Below are positions 10,766 through 23,536 of a stretch of DNA of 64,000 nucleotides, piece after piece (within the stretch, counting starts at the first letter, position 1; every line of letters begins with the position of its first letter). The stretch lies in assembly GCA_009103225.1 (NCBI GenBank), contig RHPI01002090.1, positions 954,414 to 1,018,413 on the forward strand. Reading direction: 5' to 3'. A model generated the notes under the pieces. The model was not told where the DNA came from and ran no database searches. It saw nothing but the letters and a program-made list of their open reading frames with translations. The DNA is from Chlorokybus atmophyticus (taxonomy: Eukaryota; Plantae; Mesostigma and Chlorokybus algae). The position numbers and the translations under genes are program-made.

Positions 10766-11510
10766 GCACTGTACCTGACAGTAATAAGCATGCATGGTAG
10801 TCATAGCAAAGCACACAGCAAACACACGCACATCAATAACCAGCGTGCATTTGTTCAAACAATACTATGGCCCATGGTATGAGGCACGGCCGCAGATTAT
10901 GGTTGTATGAGCTTCGGAAAGTCAGATTGCAATAAAGCATAACACCCATGCGCACACACTCTGAGCGCATCTGTAAAACATCAGCATATATGAATTACTT
11001 AACCACCAGCATAATGGTTCCAACTTGTAGCATTATAGTACCTCTTGAAACAATTGCAAACAATTTAACAACATGTGTGCTATGTCAATATTGGCAATCG
11101 ATGCAAAGGGAAAGAATAAATGGACGTAGCATATACCGCATGTCTCCATTTTTGCATAAATACTTTGTGTAAAATGTAATGTATTCTGAATACACCTCAC
11201 ATCAAGTACACCAATATGTATCCACACACAATAAGTACGCATACGCAAGCTAGCAGTATAAAACATAGCACTAACATTATTTTGTGATTGATCAAGCGAG
11301 TCATCATACTATGTCGACCAATGTTTCTTTAAAGTGATTGTTGTTTAGTAATGGATAAGATGCACAATCAGCTCTCAATGGTTAATTAATATCAGCTCTC
11401 GGTGATGAATGTGTCATTGTAATCATCAAGGTTGGTGAGATTAGTTTAAAAGGAAAAATATTCGACATGGAATGATGTTTCGTTGGATTAATCACGAAAT
11501 CGCTGATGCT

Positions 11511-12704
11511 ATGTACATACAATGCGAAACGGCAATGCACATGCATAGTGGCATGCACAGTCAGTAGCATGAGGAGTGACATAGCGCATACCAACAGCAC
11601 CATTGTCAGGTTGACCACCGGGTTCATTCGCTACCTCACACGCTGCACTAACCCTACCACCCCGTTAGCCATGTAAGCATGCATATGCATATGCGTTCAC
11701 CTACACAACGGCCGTTGGTTAGTGGCTCAGGCTTAGCCGAGGCAGCAGCAGCAGCAGCAGCAGACCCAATGGACTCCCCCTCCTCCTCCGCCCACATCAC
11801 CACCTCTACCAACAACTGCGTCATACACCCTACTGTAGCTGCGTTGTTAGGGTTTGCGCCCATTAGCGCGCAGCATGCATACGCACAACACGTCGCACTC
11901 CCTTTTCGCAGTGCTGTGTACTCCACCGTGATGACACGGGCAGACCTCGCTGCTCCCCATGTACTGCAATTCGCCATAGTAGTCCTGCTTGGGTGCTCCT
12001 TGTACGAATTGAGGGCGAGGTTGTCGATGCCGGCCGAGCACTGCATGCATGCATGGCCAACGGGGTGCTGCCTCGCTATGCTATTTGCATGTCTATGCAT
12101 GCATGGTGCCCCCGGTCAAGCACCCTATTCACACCCAACAGTCACAAGCAATCAGCAACCAACCTATGGGGACCTATGGGGACTAAGGGGACCTCCCTAC
12201 GCCTCAACATAGGGTAGCTAGGCGCACACCTCAACCAGCGTGGGCTGACCTAGCTTGCCTCTGGCTCGGGACGGCCTGAAGGACTGCCAGGGCGTAGAAT
12301 GTACATACAATGCGAAACGGCACTGCACATGCATAGTGGCATGCACAGTCAGTAGCATGCAGAGTGACATAGCGCATACCAACAACACCATTGTCAGGTT
12401 GACCACCGGGTTCATTCACTACCTCACACGCTGCACTAACCCTACCACCCCGTTAGCCATGTAAGCATGCACATGCATATGCGTTCACCTGCACAACGGC
12501 CGTTGGTTAGCGGCCCAGTCTTAGCCAAGGCAGCAACAGCAGCAGCAGACCCAACGGACTCCCCCTCCTCCTCCGCCCACATCACCACCTCCACCAACAA
12601 CTGAGTCATACACCCTGCTGTGGCTGCGTCGTTAGGGTTTGCGCCCATTAGCGCGCAGCATGCATACGCACAGCACGTCGCACTCCCTTTTCGCAATGCT
12701 GTGT
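11511..12704. repeat. Partial tandem duplication, 788-bp period: copies 11511-11919 and 12299-12704
   Basis: By-eye alignment: about 20 substitutions and one 3-bp (GCA) indel over ~406 bp; same repeat family as at 4.7-6.6 kb. Confidence 0.92.
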
Positions 12705-13606
12705 TATGCCGGTCTTAGCTTGCGTACTCGTACATATTTCAGATACATACTGGTTGTGTATGTCGTATTTGGTGTGAGGTGTGTTTAGTACACGTTACAT
12801 TTACACAAATTGTTCGGCAAAAATGGAGACATGCGATATATGCTAAGCAACAAATACAGTTAGAGTTTTTTAGATTTAATGGCAATTATTGTCTATGTAA
12901 AATTGAATCTGTGCATAAAAACTACAACGGGGTCAATCTTGAAAAACTGATCAAAAGCCACCGGCAATAGGAGTAAAAAATTCAACTCCCATACCTTCTC
13001 CGGACTATTGAATGACATATCTATTTTCAAGCTTATAAGTGCATGTAGTGTTTTTCACACGCCCTTTGCGTTCATACACCAATAACCATACCATTACCTC
13101 AATTTCTACTGACCGCTGACTTGCACCACGTGTCCACCACCATTACTATTGCCTGCTGCTAGGCCACTGTGTACTGCTTTTTGATGTGCTTGTTTACTGG
13201 ATGCGCATCACTTGCATCTGGCCACGGTCTTTGCACACACAAGTTGCACAATAGCTGGTCCTTGTCGCTTGGATGCACAATACTTAACATCAACATTGCA
13301 ATGACGCACTAGGATCACGAGGGTAGGGCAGGCATCAGTGTAGTGACATACAGACTGCTACTGTCACATGAGATATGGAATGCGTACACGTCATCATGCA
13401 GGAGCATATCCTGCAACGGCGACGGTGATTTGCAAGCAGCTGCTGTAGTATCAAAAGTTTAAAACTGGTACGACGACTGACGCACATGCAAGCACAGCAC
13501 ACAGCAACAAGCACACAAGTGGAGGGTATATAGGCTACAATGCAAGGCACAAACATAGTAACTATCTGCAGAAAGCCGACAGACAACCAGAATGCCAAAC
13601 AAGGCT

Positions 13607-16600
13607 TCACGAGCTTTTGCCCCTGCCTCTGCCGGATCCTCCTCCTCGTCTGCTTTTCGTGCTTTTGCCGCGACTTGCGGCGGCAGCAGCACCCTTCCCT
13701 CTGCCACCAGCACCCTTGACCTTGACTCCCGGGATATACTCAGGCTTGATGTCTTCTTCCTCCTCTTGAGCATCTTCCTCACCTTCCTCACCCTCACTGC
13801 CAATATCTACTTCGTCATCTCGTGCAGGAGCAACATCGCCGCCATCCGCGCTTTCAAGCAGGTTGGTGACCCGTTTGGTCAGCTTGGGTTTTCGCCCAGG
13901 AACCTGTAACCATAGCCATTCGTCCATCATCATTTGAAATCGCTCACCCACTCACGATCAATTGTGACGAAGTGTCCATCAGAGTGTTCTGCAACAGCCG
14001 CATAACACACTTACTTTCAGCTCAGGCAGCAGCACTGATGACTTCACAGCATGCTCTGCTAGCTGCGTGTTGTACGTTCTAGTAAACGCAGACTTCACGT
14101 TTGTGGCAACACCCTCAGTAGGGTTGGGTTTGCCCTTGAACTGGGTGATGTCCAAAATATTTTGCCAGTCATCTCGCGTGATGCAATATTCATTCATGGT
14201 GTCGACAACCGTTGTGACCGCGCTCAGTCCGTCTTCCCGCAGTGGCTTGGTGAGCGCCTCCCTCAACACTGGCATGTAATCCAACCGACAGCCAGACCGG
14301 CCAGTATGAAAGTTGCCTGCGCATTCAACAGCCCATCAGCGCTGGGCATAGACCTGGCCGGACACAAACTGCATGGCGAATGTCATAACTAGACCTGAAA
14401 TGAGGAGGTGGGTGCACAACTCCTGAAGCAGCCGTTTGTTCTTCCCTTCCGATGAATTCTTCCCCAGCCATGCCGAAAAGCGATTGTAATGGTCGCTGGG
14501 GTGCAGAGCTTCTCTGGACCCCCGCACGCACATTGCAGGCGTTACACAGGCCATGACGGCATAGGCAGGCATCAGGTTCCATCTCTGAAACCTGCGTATT
14601 CGCCTGCTAACCATGTCCCCGTCTGCAATAGAGTCAGCAGCCCTTGAGATGCACTCCATGCGCTCGCACTCATTTCTCGCACTGCGCATCCATACCACAG
14701 GTACGTCAGCTCACATTCTTTGACTGCAAGTCACATGCTTCCGCTTGCAACCGAACAACATGTCGCATGGTGTACCATGCGACATGTTGTGCGGTTGCAC
14801 CATAGGTTTACTTGAACGGCCGATGGTTGATGTAGTTCTCTTGTATAAGAAGAGGCACCAGGTCAGCGTCATAGAACACCAAGTTCATCCGATCACCCAG
14901 AGATAGTGAAGAATCCGACTTGAAAACCCTGCATACAACCTTTGAGAAATGTTGAAAGAAAAAGACCCTGCAACAAATGCTGCCTGAAAGTGGGACAATT
15001 CAGTGAGAGCAATACTTGGTACTGCGAGCACCTGTCGGCCGCAACAAAAGGCGAGATGTCCATGTCTTTGCTAGCGCTCCGCATGTGTGCTTGCACGTCA
15101 TCGTACTGCAATTTGTTTGACTTTGTGCGCCACATCTGCATCACATTCAGTGACAGCCGGATATCGGACTGCACACTCTCCACCAGCTTCTCAATGGCTG
15201 CATCATTCGTTGATAGGCCTTCTTGGCTAGCAATCCAGCCAAGCCTTTTGGCCACCTGGTTGACATGTGAAATACATGATGTCTGAAAAAAAGGCCGTCT
15301 AGAATTGTCAACAACATGAATGCGCAGCAGGTAATGCCAGCAAGAGCTTGCATGCAACTGGCCTGCTGTTTTGTCGGTCGCCGGAACTCCAACTCAAGCA
15401 CATGGTTCAATAGTGACTTGATCTTTTGTGAATACTTGTCATTACAAATGCAGATAATGGGCACCATGCTTTTATGGATGCTTTGGATGAGATCTGCCAC
15501 ACCTCCACGATCACCACCAGACATGCCATCCACCTGCATTCAAGCCTGCATATTGCACCGGCCCATGCCATGACGTATGGTTGCCACTTGCATGTGAAGT
15601 ACGCGAATTCTATAACAAGCAACCAGTCCTCTTGCCTCATCCATGATGAGGACCATCTTCTTCATATGCCCGTCTGAGGCCTTTCCTTGACCAACACCAC
15701 TGACAGCATCTCCTTTCACAAAAGGCAATGCCGTGTTGGTAATCATTTCCTTCATTATGTTGGCTGTTGAGCCATGCATGCCATTTCGGATGTCTTTCTC
15801 CGCCTTGTTGCGAGTGTCACTTGCATTCACCTGTTGGAACATGATAGACAACAGTATCAGCCTGCTGTCGTGTCATCCTTACACGTTGACGCGGAAGGTC
15901 AAGCAAATCTGACCTCAAACACAATAAAGCCCAGCGCCTTGCTGACAATGTGTGCAGCAGTGGTCTTGCCAACACCAGGCGACCCGTACAGCAGAACAGC
16001 TTTCTTATCACTGCCATCACCGCCCTTGCCCCAACGCCCTTTGCTGCTGCCCGCGCCTTTCTTCTCAGCTGTTCCACCCAAACGATTGCTGTCCCAGTTT
16101 GCCAACCAGTCTCGCAGGCGTGCCACCTGCAACAGCGAGGGACCGCTTGGCAATAGCGTGCCATTTTGCACTGAGCGCAGCAAGAGACCTGCTTGCCTGC
16201 ACAGCCACATTACCTGAGCATTGTTGCCTATGATGTCTTCTGTGCTCTTGGGTGCATACTTTGTTGTCCACAACTGACTGTTGTCATCGGGCAACGGGGG
16301 CGCTGCACCTTTTTTGGATACCGGAGCAGGCGCTGCAGCCTTCCCCGTATCTTTGCTCATGGCTTTGGGTTTTTCTGGAGGCTTCACTGGGGCTTTGGTG
16401 GTGGCAGCCTTTGTGGCTGGCTTCGCTGCAGATGCTTTTCGAATCATGTCAAATAATTCATCTTCAGTAATAATCGGCGTTCTGCATGTCATGAAACACC
16501 AGTGCGCATGAGAGGTTGGCGCTGAACCAGGAAAAGATGTATGACATCTATGGCTTACCCGAGTTCGTGAGCCTTTTTAGACTTGCTCCCACCAGGATCC

Positions 16601-18601
16601 ATATCTGTAACAACATAAGTCTGAAGGACAACCGTGTGGTCAGCCTCAATGGTCAGAAAGCTGTTCATGGGTCACCAGCTGCACCTACCGTTTTGCTGCT
16701 GACAGCGCTGGTGATGCGGCCTCCATGTCGCTTAATCAAATCCTCAGCTTCGTCTCGTTCCAAGCTGTCATGTAAAGAACACGTTGCATACATGCAACCT
16801 CGACCACTGCTTGATAAAGACGGGTAGAGTTTGCAGCTTGCCTGTCGAGCGTGCCAGTCAGCACGAAAGTCGATCCTGCCAGACAGTCATCTGGTCCCCT
16901 AGGCACTTCCTGCATGACAGGTACAGCCTCCAAGTTGGCAAATAGGCCGCTTCAACACGAAAATCGACACAACAGCAGCCTGTGCTTAAAGTACCTTTTC
17001 TCCCTTGTGAGGCGGCGGGACACGCTCCTGCATCCATGGAGGCTTGCCTCCAGCCCACCTTGCACCACCGCCACCCGCAGGTTTTTGAGCTGATATTGGG
17101 GCCTCCGCCTGAAGTTCAGGCTTGGCGGCTGCAACTAGCAGATGCCACAGAATAGTCATGTTGTTGACAATGTCAATTGTTGCAACCCAGGGAGCTTAAC
17201 TGAACGAGTTGCTGATTGCATAATTGCTTAAGTCACACAACATGCATGTGTTTGCAAGTTTGCCGTTAATGAAAACAGATGTACAGCAGGACTTGTTGTG
17301 GTCCATTGAGCGTCAAACAGCAACATGTATGGCTTGGTGTGGTCACATGTGGTCGCGCACCTGCTGGCTTCTTCGCTTCTTTGGCAGCAGCTGGTGCTTC
17401 CGCCTTGCGTTTGTTTGACTGTGCTGCGGGTTTTCGTCTTGCCTGTGGCTTGCGAGCTGCAGGCTTCTCTTCTTTTTCTTCATCTTCAAGATCTTTCATT
17501 TCGTCATCCTTTTCTTCAACCTGATGCTTTGCGGGCACGAAGTCGTCATCATCGTCCTCTGACTCACTCACCACCTTGCGCCTTCCCCTGCCTTTTGCAA
17601 CCTTCTTGGCCACTTCTTTTGGGAAATACTTGCTGCGCCTCGATGCCGTGGGTTTGACTTCAACTACCTCATCATCCGACTCGCTGTCTTCTACCTGTTG
17701 ACAAGCCAGTGAGATGCGATGACATTGTTGCAATCAATGGCAACCGGTAACGCTTAAACAAATCCTGGACCGAACATCCAGCATCACATACTGCAGCGCG
17801 TTTGCCTCGGGCAGGAGTCTTCTTCTTTGCAGGTGACGGTGTCGCAGGCTTCTTCACGGGTGGTGTATTACGTTGTGTCTCAGGCGCTTTAGCCTTTGCC
17901 GGAGGCGTCTTTGCGCTTGCCTTGTTGATCGTCTCACCGGCCTTGCCTTTGTTGAAAAAGTTGCGAATGTCCTGCAAACAAAACAACCTGCGTATGAAGA
18001 GTCGACCATGTATGCTCTGCGCACGAGCACGTGTGTATAGGATAAGTGTCATACTGTTACGCGCGCACAGACACACACTACGCACATGCACAGTGTGTGT
18101 TTGTGTGCGTGCATTAAGTGACATGCGCAATCAAATCGTCATCTGCGTGCACATACAGCACATGACTGAGCTGTGCTCACAAGAATCCCCCAAAGCATGT
18201 TGGGAGGGGAACAACACCGGAAGTTGTAAGCAAGGACGTTTGTACCAAAGTAATTGCTGGGACATGGCCCGCAACACCAACAATGACAAGCATGTGCTAA
18301 TGGGTATATCAAAAGTGGGAGGCCAACAGACAAGGTAGCTCCCTGAAGAGACCACACTGCACAATAATCACATGCATGCACGTGTGCCTGCATGTGACTG
18401 AGCACCAGCATCCAAAATATCATTCATTCACACCCCTTCGCTGTGAAGCTGGACATGCAAAGCAAAATTGCGAGACGGCAAGAAGCGCGTCCTCTGAGTA
18501 AACGCGATGCATTGGAAGCAGCAGTGGGCAACAGCAGCCACCCTTGAGCTCCACAACGATGGACCACCACAAAAAGCAGCAGCATACCGACCACTCACCA
18601 T
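13607..18601 (-). CDS. RFC1: Replication factor C subunit 1 (BRCT + AAA+ + RFC1 C-terminal), about 15 exons
   Basis: M|DIRNFF start; BRCT PDDCLAGSTFVLTGTLDS|LERDEAEDLIKRHGG; WTTKYAPKS; Walker A GSPGVGKTT; Walker B LIMDE|VDGMS; PIICICND; NVKSAFTRTYN; acidic/Gly-rich C-terminus with stop at 13607. Confidence 0.97.
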
Positions 18602-19100
18602 GACGTAAAAGCTTGAAAGCCGCTCTTCAAAATCACCTTCAACGTGTGCACCCGCCACGGCCTACCCCGTTGCCATCGCTGCCGCCATCGCCGCCCACCG
18701 CATGCACAAATCAGCGCGGGAGATCTCGCCGCAGCGACATCAGAAGATTAAGGGGATAGTGTCACCTGTCTTGCACACTGAAATTAGGGTTGGAATGCCA
18801 ATATTCGGAGCAGCACTGGCGGAACAGGCGCGGTGGGCGGCGGCGGCGCTGGCATTGTCGTCCCTCTGATTGCTGTTGTGGCTTGAAACGCAGTGCATGG
18901 CAGTCTGAGATTTTCACGTATTTGTGGGGTTGACAAAGCAATCTTTGTACGATTAGGGTTTCGGTTGTGCTGTGCGCCAGTGGGAGCAGCAGATGGAATG
19001 CTGCTGTAGGCAGTTGCTGGGAGAGGTTTCTCGGGGTTTGGCCTATGGAGAGTAAGCTCACGAAGCATAGTAGCTGTTGCGTAGCCGGTTTCTAGCACGC
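18602..19100. promoter_or_regulatory. Divergent RFC1/PRP17 promoter with telo-box motifs
   Basis: 499 nt between opposite start codons; TTAGGGTTT (AAACCCTAA) at 18953-18961 and TTAGGGTT at 18784-18791. Confidence 0.55.
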
Positions 19101-22100
19101 ATGGATCTACTCAGGCAGTACGCTGGGGGCCAGCACGAGGGTGAGGAGCAGGAGCAGGAGCGGGAGCAGGAGCAGGAAGCTGCTACGGAGTCCCGCGAGG
19201 CAGCTGGCGTTGCCACCACTGTGGCAATTCAGCCTCTCAGCGCTGCACCAGGTCAGTCCAATCATAGCCGCGTTCGCTCGCATGTGACTTGCTTCTGCTT
19301 TTAATGTTAAAACAGGCATGGCTTGAGCATCCTGAGTTGCTGTTTACACAGGCATGTCGTGAGCGTGGTACATAGCTGCCACAATAACTGTCCCATCGTG
19401 CAAACAATCGCCTTTTGCAACTCCAACTGAGGGGGCAGTACAACTTTTGTTTTAAGTACATGATTGCAAAGGACTATTGCATACAAGTGTGGCGTGCTGC
19501 TGACTGTGGCGACCGTTGCATGTTTGAAGCACATGTACCTAAGCACTTTACGCGTTGTGAGCATGCGTCCCGGCATGAATCTTACTCGGGCGCTTCTGGA
19601 CAGATGTTGCGGACGTGGGCACTGTTGAAGTGTGGAAGCAGGATGGTGCTGCTGCTGCAGCTATAGTTGATCCACACAGGCGTCAAATTTACTACAACCC
19701 CACTTACGATCAGCTTTGGGCACCTGTCGCGGGGCCCGCGCATCCGTATGCCAGGGATGGTTTAGCAACTGGGTTGCTCAATCATAGGGTGGGTGTTCTA
19801 GCCAATGAGAAGCGGTTTCTTTACTGGTTGTATATTTAGAGCTTGCCCTCATCGCCAATGTTGTTGCTTTTGCAGACAGGCCAAGTGGAGGATGCGCACA
19901 TCAACCCTGCACTTTTTGATGAACAAATACACACCTTCAATACGTTCGGTTACGCATATGACCCGTCGAACACCAATGTGGTAGGCGATGTGGAAAAGGC
20001 TACTGATCTGCGGGGAGACACTATCTACACCGGGTATGCACGTAAACGCAAAATACCAAAGGAAAAGGAGGGTGAAGCGTTGGATCCGTCTGCTGACGAT
20101 GTGAGCTGAGCACTATCGTGCATTGTTGTGCTCGGTGCTAGCGACATTGGATGCCAGCTTGCCATTGAGAAGCATATAGCATAATTTGACCGCTGTGATG
20201 CGCGCAGTGGGTGACAAAGAGCAAAGCAAGCCCTTGGGCGGGCAAGAAGGAAGTAAAGCCAATTGAGCTGACGGTATGCTGGTGCCAAGCACTGTCGCTG
20301 CATGCATTGTTCCATTTTGCCGCATGATGTCACAACATGGATGCATTGCAACAGGAAGAACACAAACAACAGCTTGAGAAGCTACAGGAAGAAATGGAAT
20401 CACGCAAGGAGGTGTGTAGCCGCAGAACTGTGTTCTCTGATTGCAACTTGTTGCTCATTGTTGGCTGTTGTACAATAGGGGAAAGGCCATGTTGAGGACA
20501 AAAGCATCTTCCATGGTAAGGAACTCAAGGATTACCAGGGCAGATCTTGGCTTGCAGCTCCCAAGGAACACAAGGCAGATAACGCCCACTGCTACATTCC
20601 GAAGCGCCATGTCCACACCTGGTATGCTGTTTCTGAAATTATGCTACATGTTTGCCTTGACAGCGCCTAATTTGTGACATTGGTTGCAGGAGTGGGCACA
20701 CAAAAGGGGTTCATGCTATTCGCTTTTTTCCCAAAACTGGACATTTGCTGCTGTCGGCCAGCATGGATACCAAAGTCAAGGTGCGTGTTTCGCCATCGGA
20801 AGCAGCAAGTACATGACAGAACGCAGTGTCATGACACATGTCTCTGTTCCTGCAGATTTGGGATGTGTATGGCAATGGCAAGTGCATGCGCACTTACATG
20901 GGTCACTCCAAACCTGTTCGGGACATTTGTTTCACTAACAATGGACAACAGTTCCTAAGCGCAAGGTATGCTCACTGCTATTTCAAAGCTTGCAATGACC
21001 GCTTGCTGCAGTCCATTGCAAGGCAGAGATGTGCTCTGTAACTTTGCAGTTATGACCGCAACATTAAGCTCTGGGACACCGAGACTGGCCAAGTCGTCAG
21101 CACGTTTTCAACTGGCAAGGTATGGAATTGTGTTGCATACAGAAGGTCTTTGCTTTACTGCAGTCGTGCAAACCGCATATCATTTATCGCAGGTGCCCTA
21201 TGTAGTCAAGTTCAACCCCGACAACGACAAGCAGCACATCTTCTTGGCAGGCATGAGCGATAAGAAGATTATTCAGGTATGCACTTTGGCATGCTGTCCG
21301 TAGTCTTTAACCCAAGCCTGTTGGTTGAATGCTAGTGCCAATGCGTTCTATGTGTCTTGGCAGTGGGACACACGGACAGGGAAGTTGGAGCAAGAGTATG
21401 ATCAGCATCTGGGAGCTGTCAACACCATTACCTTTGTGGATGACAACAGGCGATTTGTCACATCCAGCGATGACAAATCGCTACGAGTCTGGTGAGCATG
21501 TTACGTGTTGTTTTGGTCACTGATTTGTGGTGTCTTGTTGGCAGCCCTCAAGCACCTGACACACTGTGCTCTTACAGGGAGTTTGGCATCCCAGTGGTCA
21601 TCAAGTATATCAGCGAGCCACATATGCACTCGATGCCTGCGCTAACTCTGCATCCGAATGGTACTCCTTAACTAAATTTTGCAACCTGTCCAGCGTCAAC
21701 ATGCATGGACCTGCACTGGACATCTGCGCAGACGGCACTTGCTCGTTTCCAGGCTATGCACATTGTGACAGTGGCTTCTGTTGCACATTGCAGGCAATTG
21801 GCTTGCTGCACAGTCGCTAGACAATCAGATCCTGATATACAGCACGCGCGAGCGCTTCAGGCTCAACAAGAAGAAGGTTGGTTCAACTTACGCTTCTTGT
21901 CTTTGCTGGAGTTTTGGCTCTGGCTCTCGCATAACCTGACCTGGTGCGTGTTGCAGCGATTTGTCGGGCACTTATGCGCAGGGTATGCTTGTCAAGTCGG
22001 CTTCTCGCCCGATGGCAGGTGAGTTGTTTGCTTCATGTGTGGTTGAGACACTGATCTGTTGCACTGCCGTACTCTCACATGCTATTATACCTGCAGGTTT

Positions 22101-22447
22101 GTGATTTCCGGGGATGCGGATGGGCGCTGCTTCTTTTGGGACTGGAAGACTAGCAAAATATTCAGGTTTGCTTGCACACAGTTGCTGCCATGCAGGCTGC
22201 TCTTGTCACAAGCTCACGGGTCAGGTTGTGTGTTTGCTGAAGTGTTGCCTGCGTTTTAGGACATTGAAGTGTCACGATGGCGTCTGCATCGGTGCGGTCT
22301 GGCACCCGCTGGAGACGAGCAAAGTCGCAACTTGTGGCTGGGATGGGCTCATTAAGTTCTGGTCCGTGTGTTACTTCACTGGACCTGCTTGCCCACCTGG
22401 AGTAGCAATCCCTGTGCTGACATCATGCTCATTGTTGCAGGGATTGA
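19101..22447 (+). CDS. PRP17: Pre-mRNA-processing factor 17 (CDC40/PRP17), WD40 protein
   Basis: MDLLRQY start; [21 protein letters not shown]; [14 protein letters not shown]; [11 protein letters not shown]; [32 protein letters not shown]; [20 protein letters not shown]|D*. Confidence 0.96.
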
Positions 22448-23536
22448 GACGAATCTTGCGCGAGTGGTGCAGTGTGCTCGCATTCAGTCAAAGCTTGACA
22501 GGCATCCTGTCATCTTGTGCCACCAGCAGATAGCAATGCACTACCTAGGAGAGATGCACTCATTGGTCCTATGCGGGGTTTGCTGAGAAACGCAGTGCTG
22601 TGCACGCTGTGGGCCGCGACGTAGTTGTGGCTGCAGCTGCCTGTTGGCAGATATTTCCTGCACTATCTAGAGGACTATCCCTACATTCCGCGTGCCGGGC
22701 AGAGGATGCGAGCTCTATATGTGACATGACGGTGCAGCAGTTGGTTGCTTGGTGCTGTCCGCCTGAGTGTACAGTTTCGCGGACGCATATCTGACAGTGA
22801 TGTACACTTGTAATGTCAAGGTCCTAGTGATGGTGAGAAAGAAACTCTCTGTGTTAAGGAGCTCTTGGTTACACCATTGCACACATGTTGACAGTTGTGG
22901 CAAATGTAACATCTGTGCGCGAGTACGGGCAGTCGAGACAGATACTGCTTGTGACACTTGGCCGCCCCTGTGAGCCGCTTGTGGTGTTTCCTTGAGGGTA
23001 CTGGTCTATGATTGGCTCATGTTTGGCATGCGGAGCCAAAGGTGACAACTCTACGCGCAAGATTGTACATGATCTGGCTTTAAGAGTTGCGTGCAGAAGA
23101 AGACTTTGATGATTATACAACTGCTGTTGCACAAAGCCCAATTGAACAAATCACGCCCGAGAATGTACTCGCAACTGAGAGCAAAGCGCATTGACAGTAC
23201 TGTGTAATTATACAGAATATGCACGTGATGTATGCTGCAGTTGTAGCTGTAGCCAACTGCCGTGTACTCTAAACTCACAACTTACCTCCAGCAGCATATG
23301 GCCATGCTAGCCTGTCTGCCTATACTGCCTTGCACACCGCCCCNGTGCTGTGTCTTGCATTCTGGCCCCTCTCTATTATTATCATCCTATGCATTGCTTG
23401 TGGCGCGTACTTGTGCATGCCAAATCCACCTTGGGTGCAATTCTGCCGTAAGTACGCATGTACTTTGCGCGTGTGCATGCCGAACAGTGCAACAGTGCAA
23501 AATTGATGGCCATGTGTATTGCACTGGCTGTTTGGA

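Noticed and set aside
11511-12704. Second LTR/TRIM element
   Set aside because: Repeats do not end in CA, there is no clean TSD, PBS or PPT on either strand; better explained as partial tandem duplication.
22700-23280. Small gene between PRP17 and CCDC146
   Set aside because: Short ORFs with no recognisable motif or consistent splice model; compatible with 3' UTRs.
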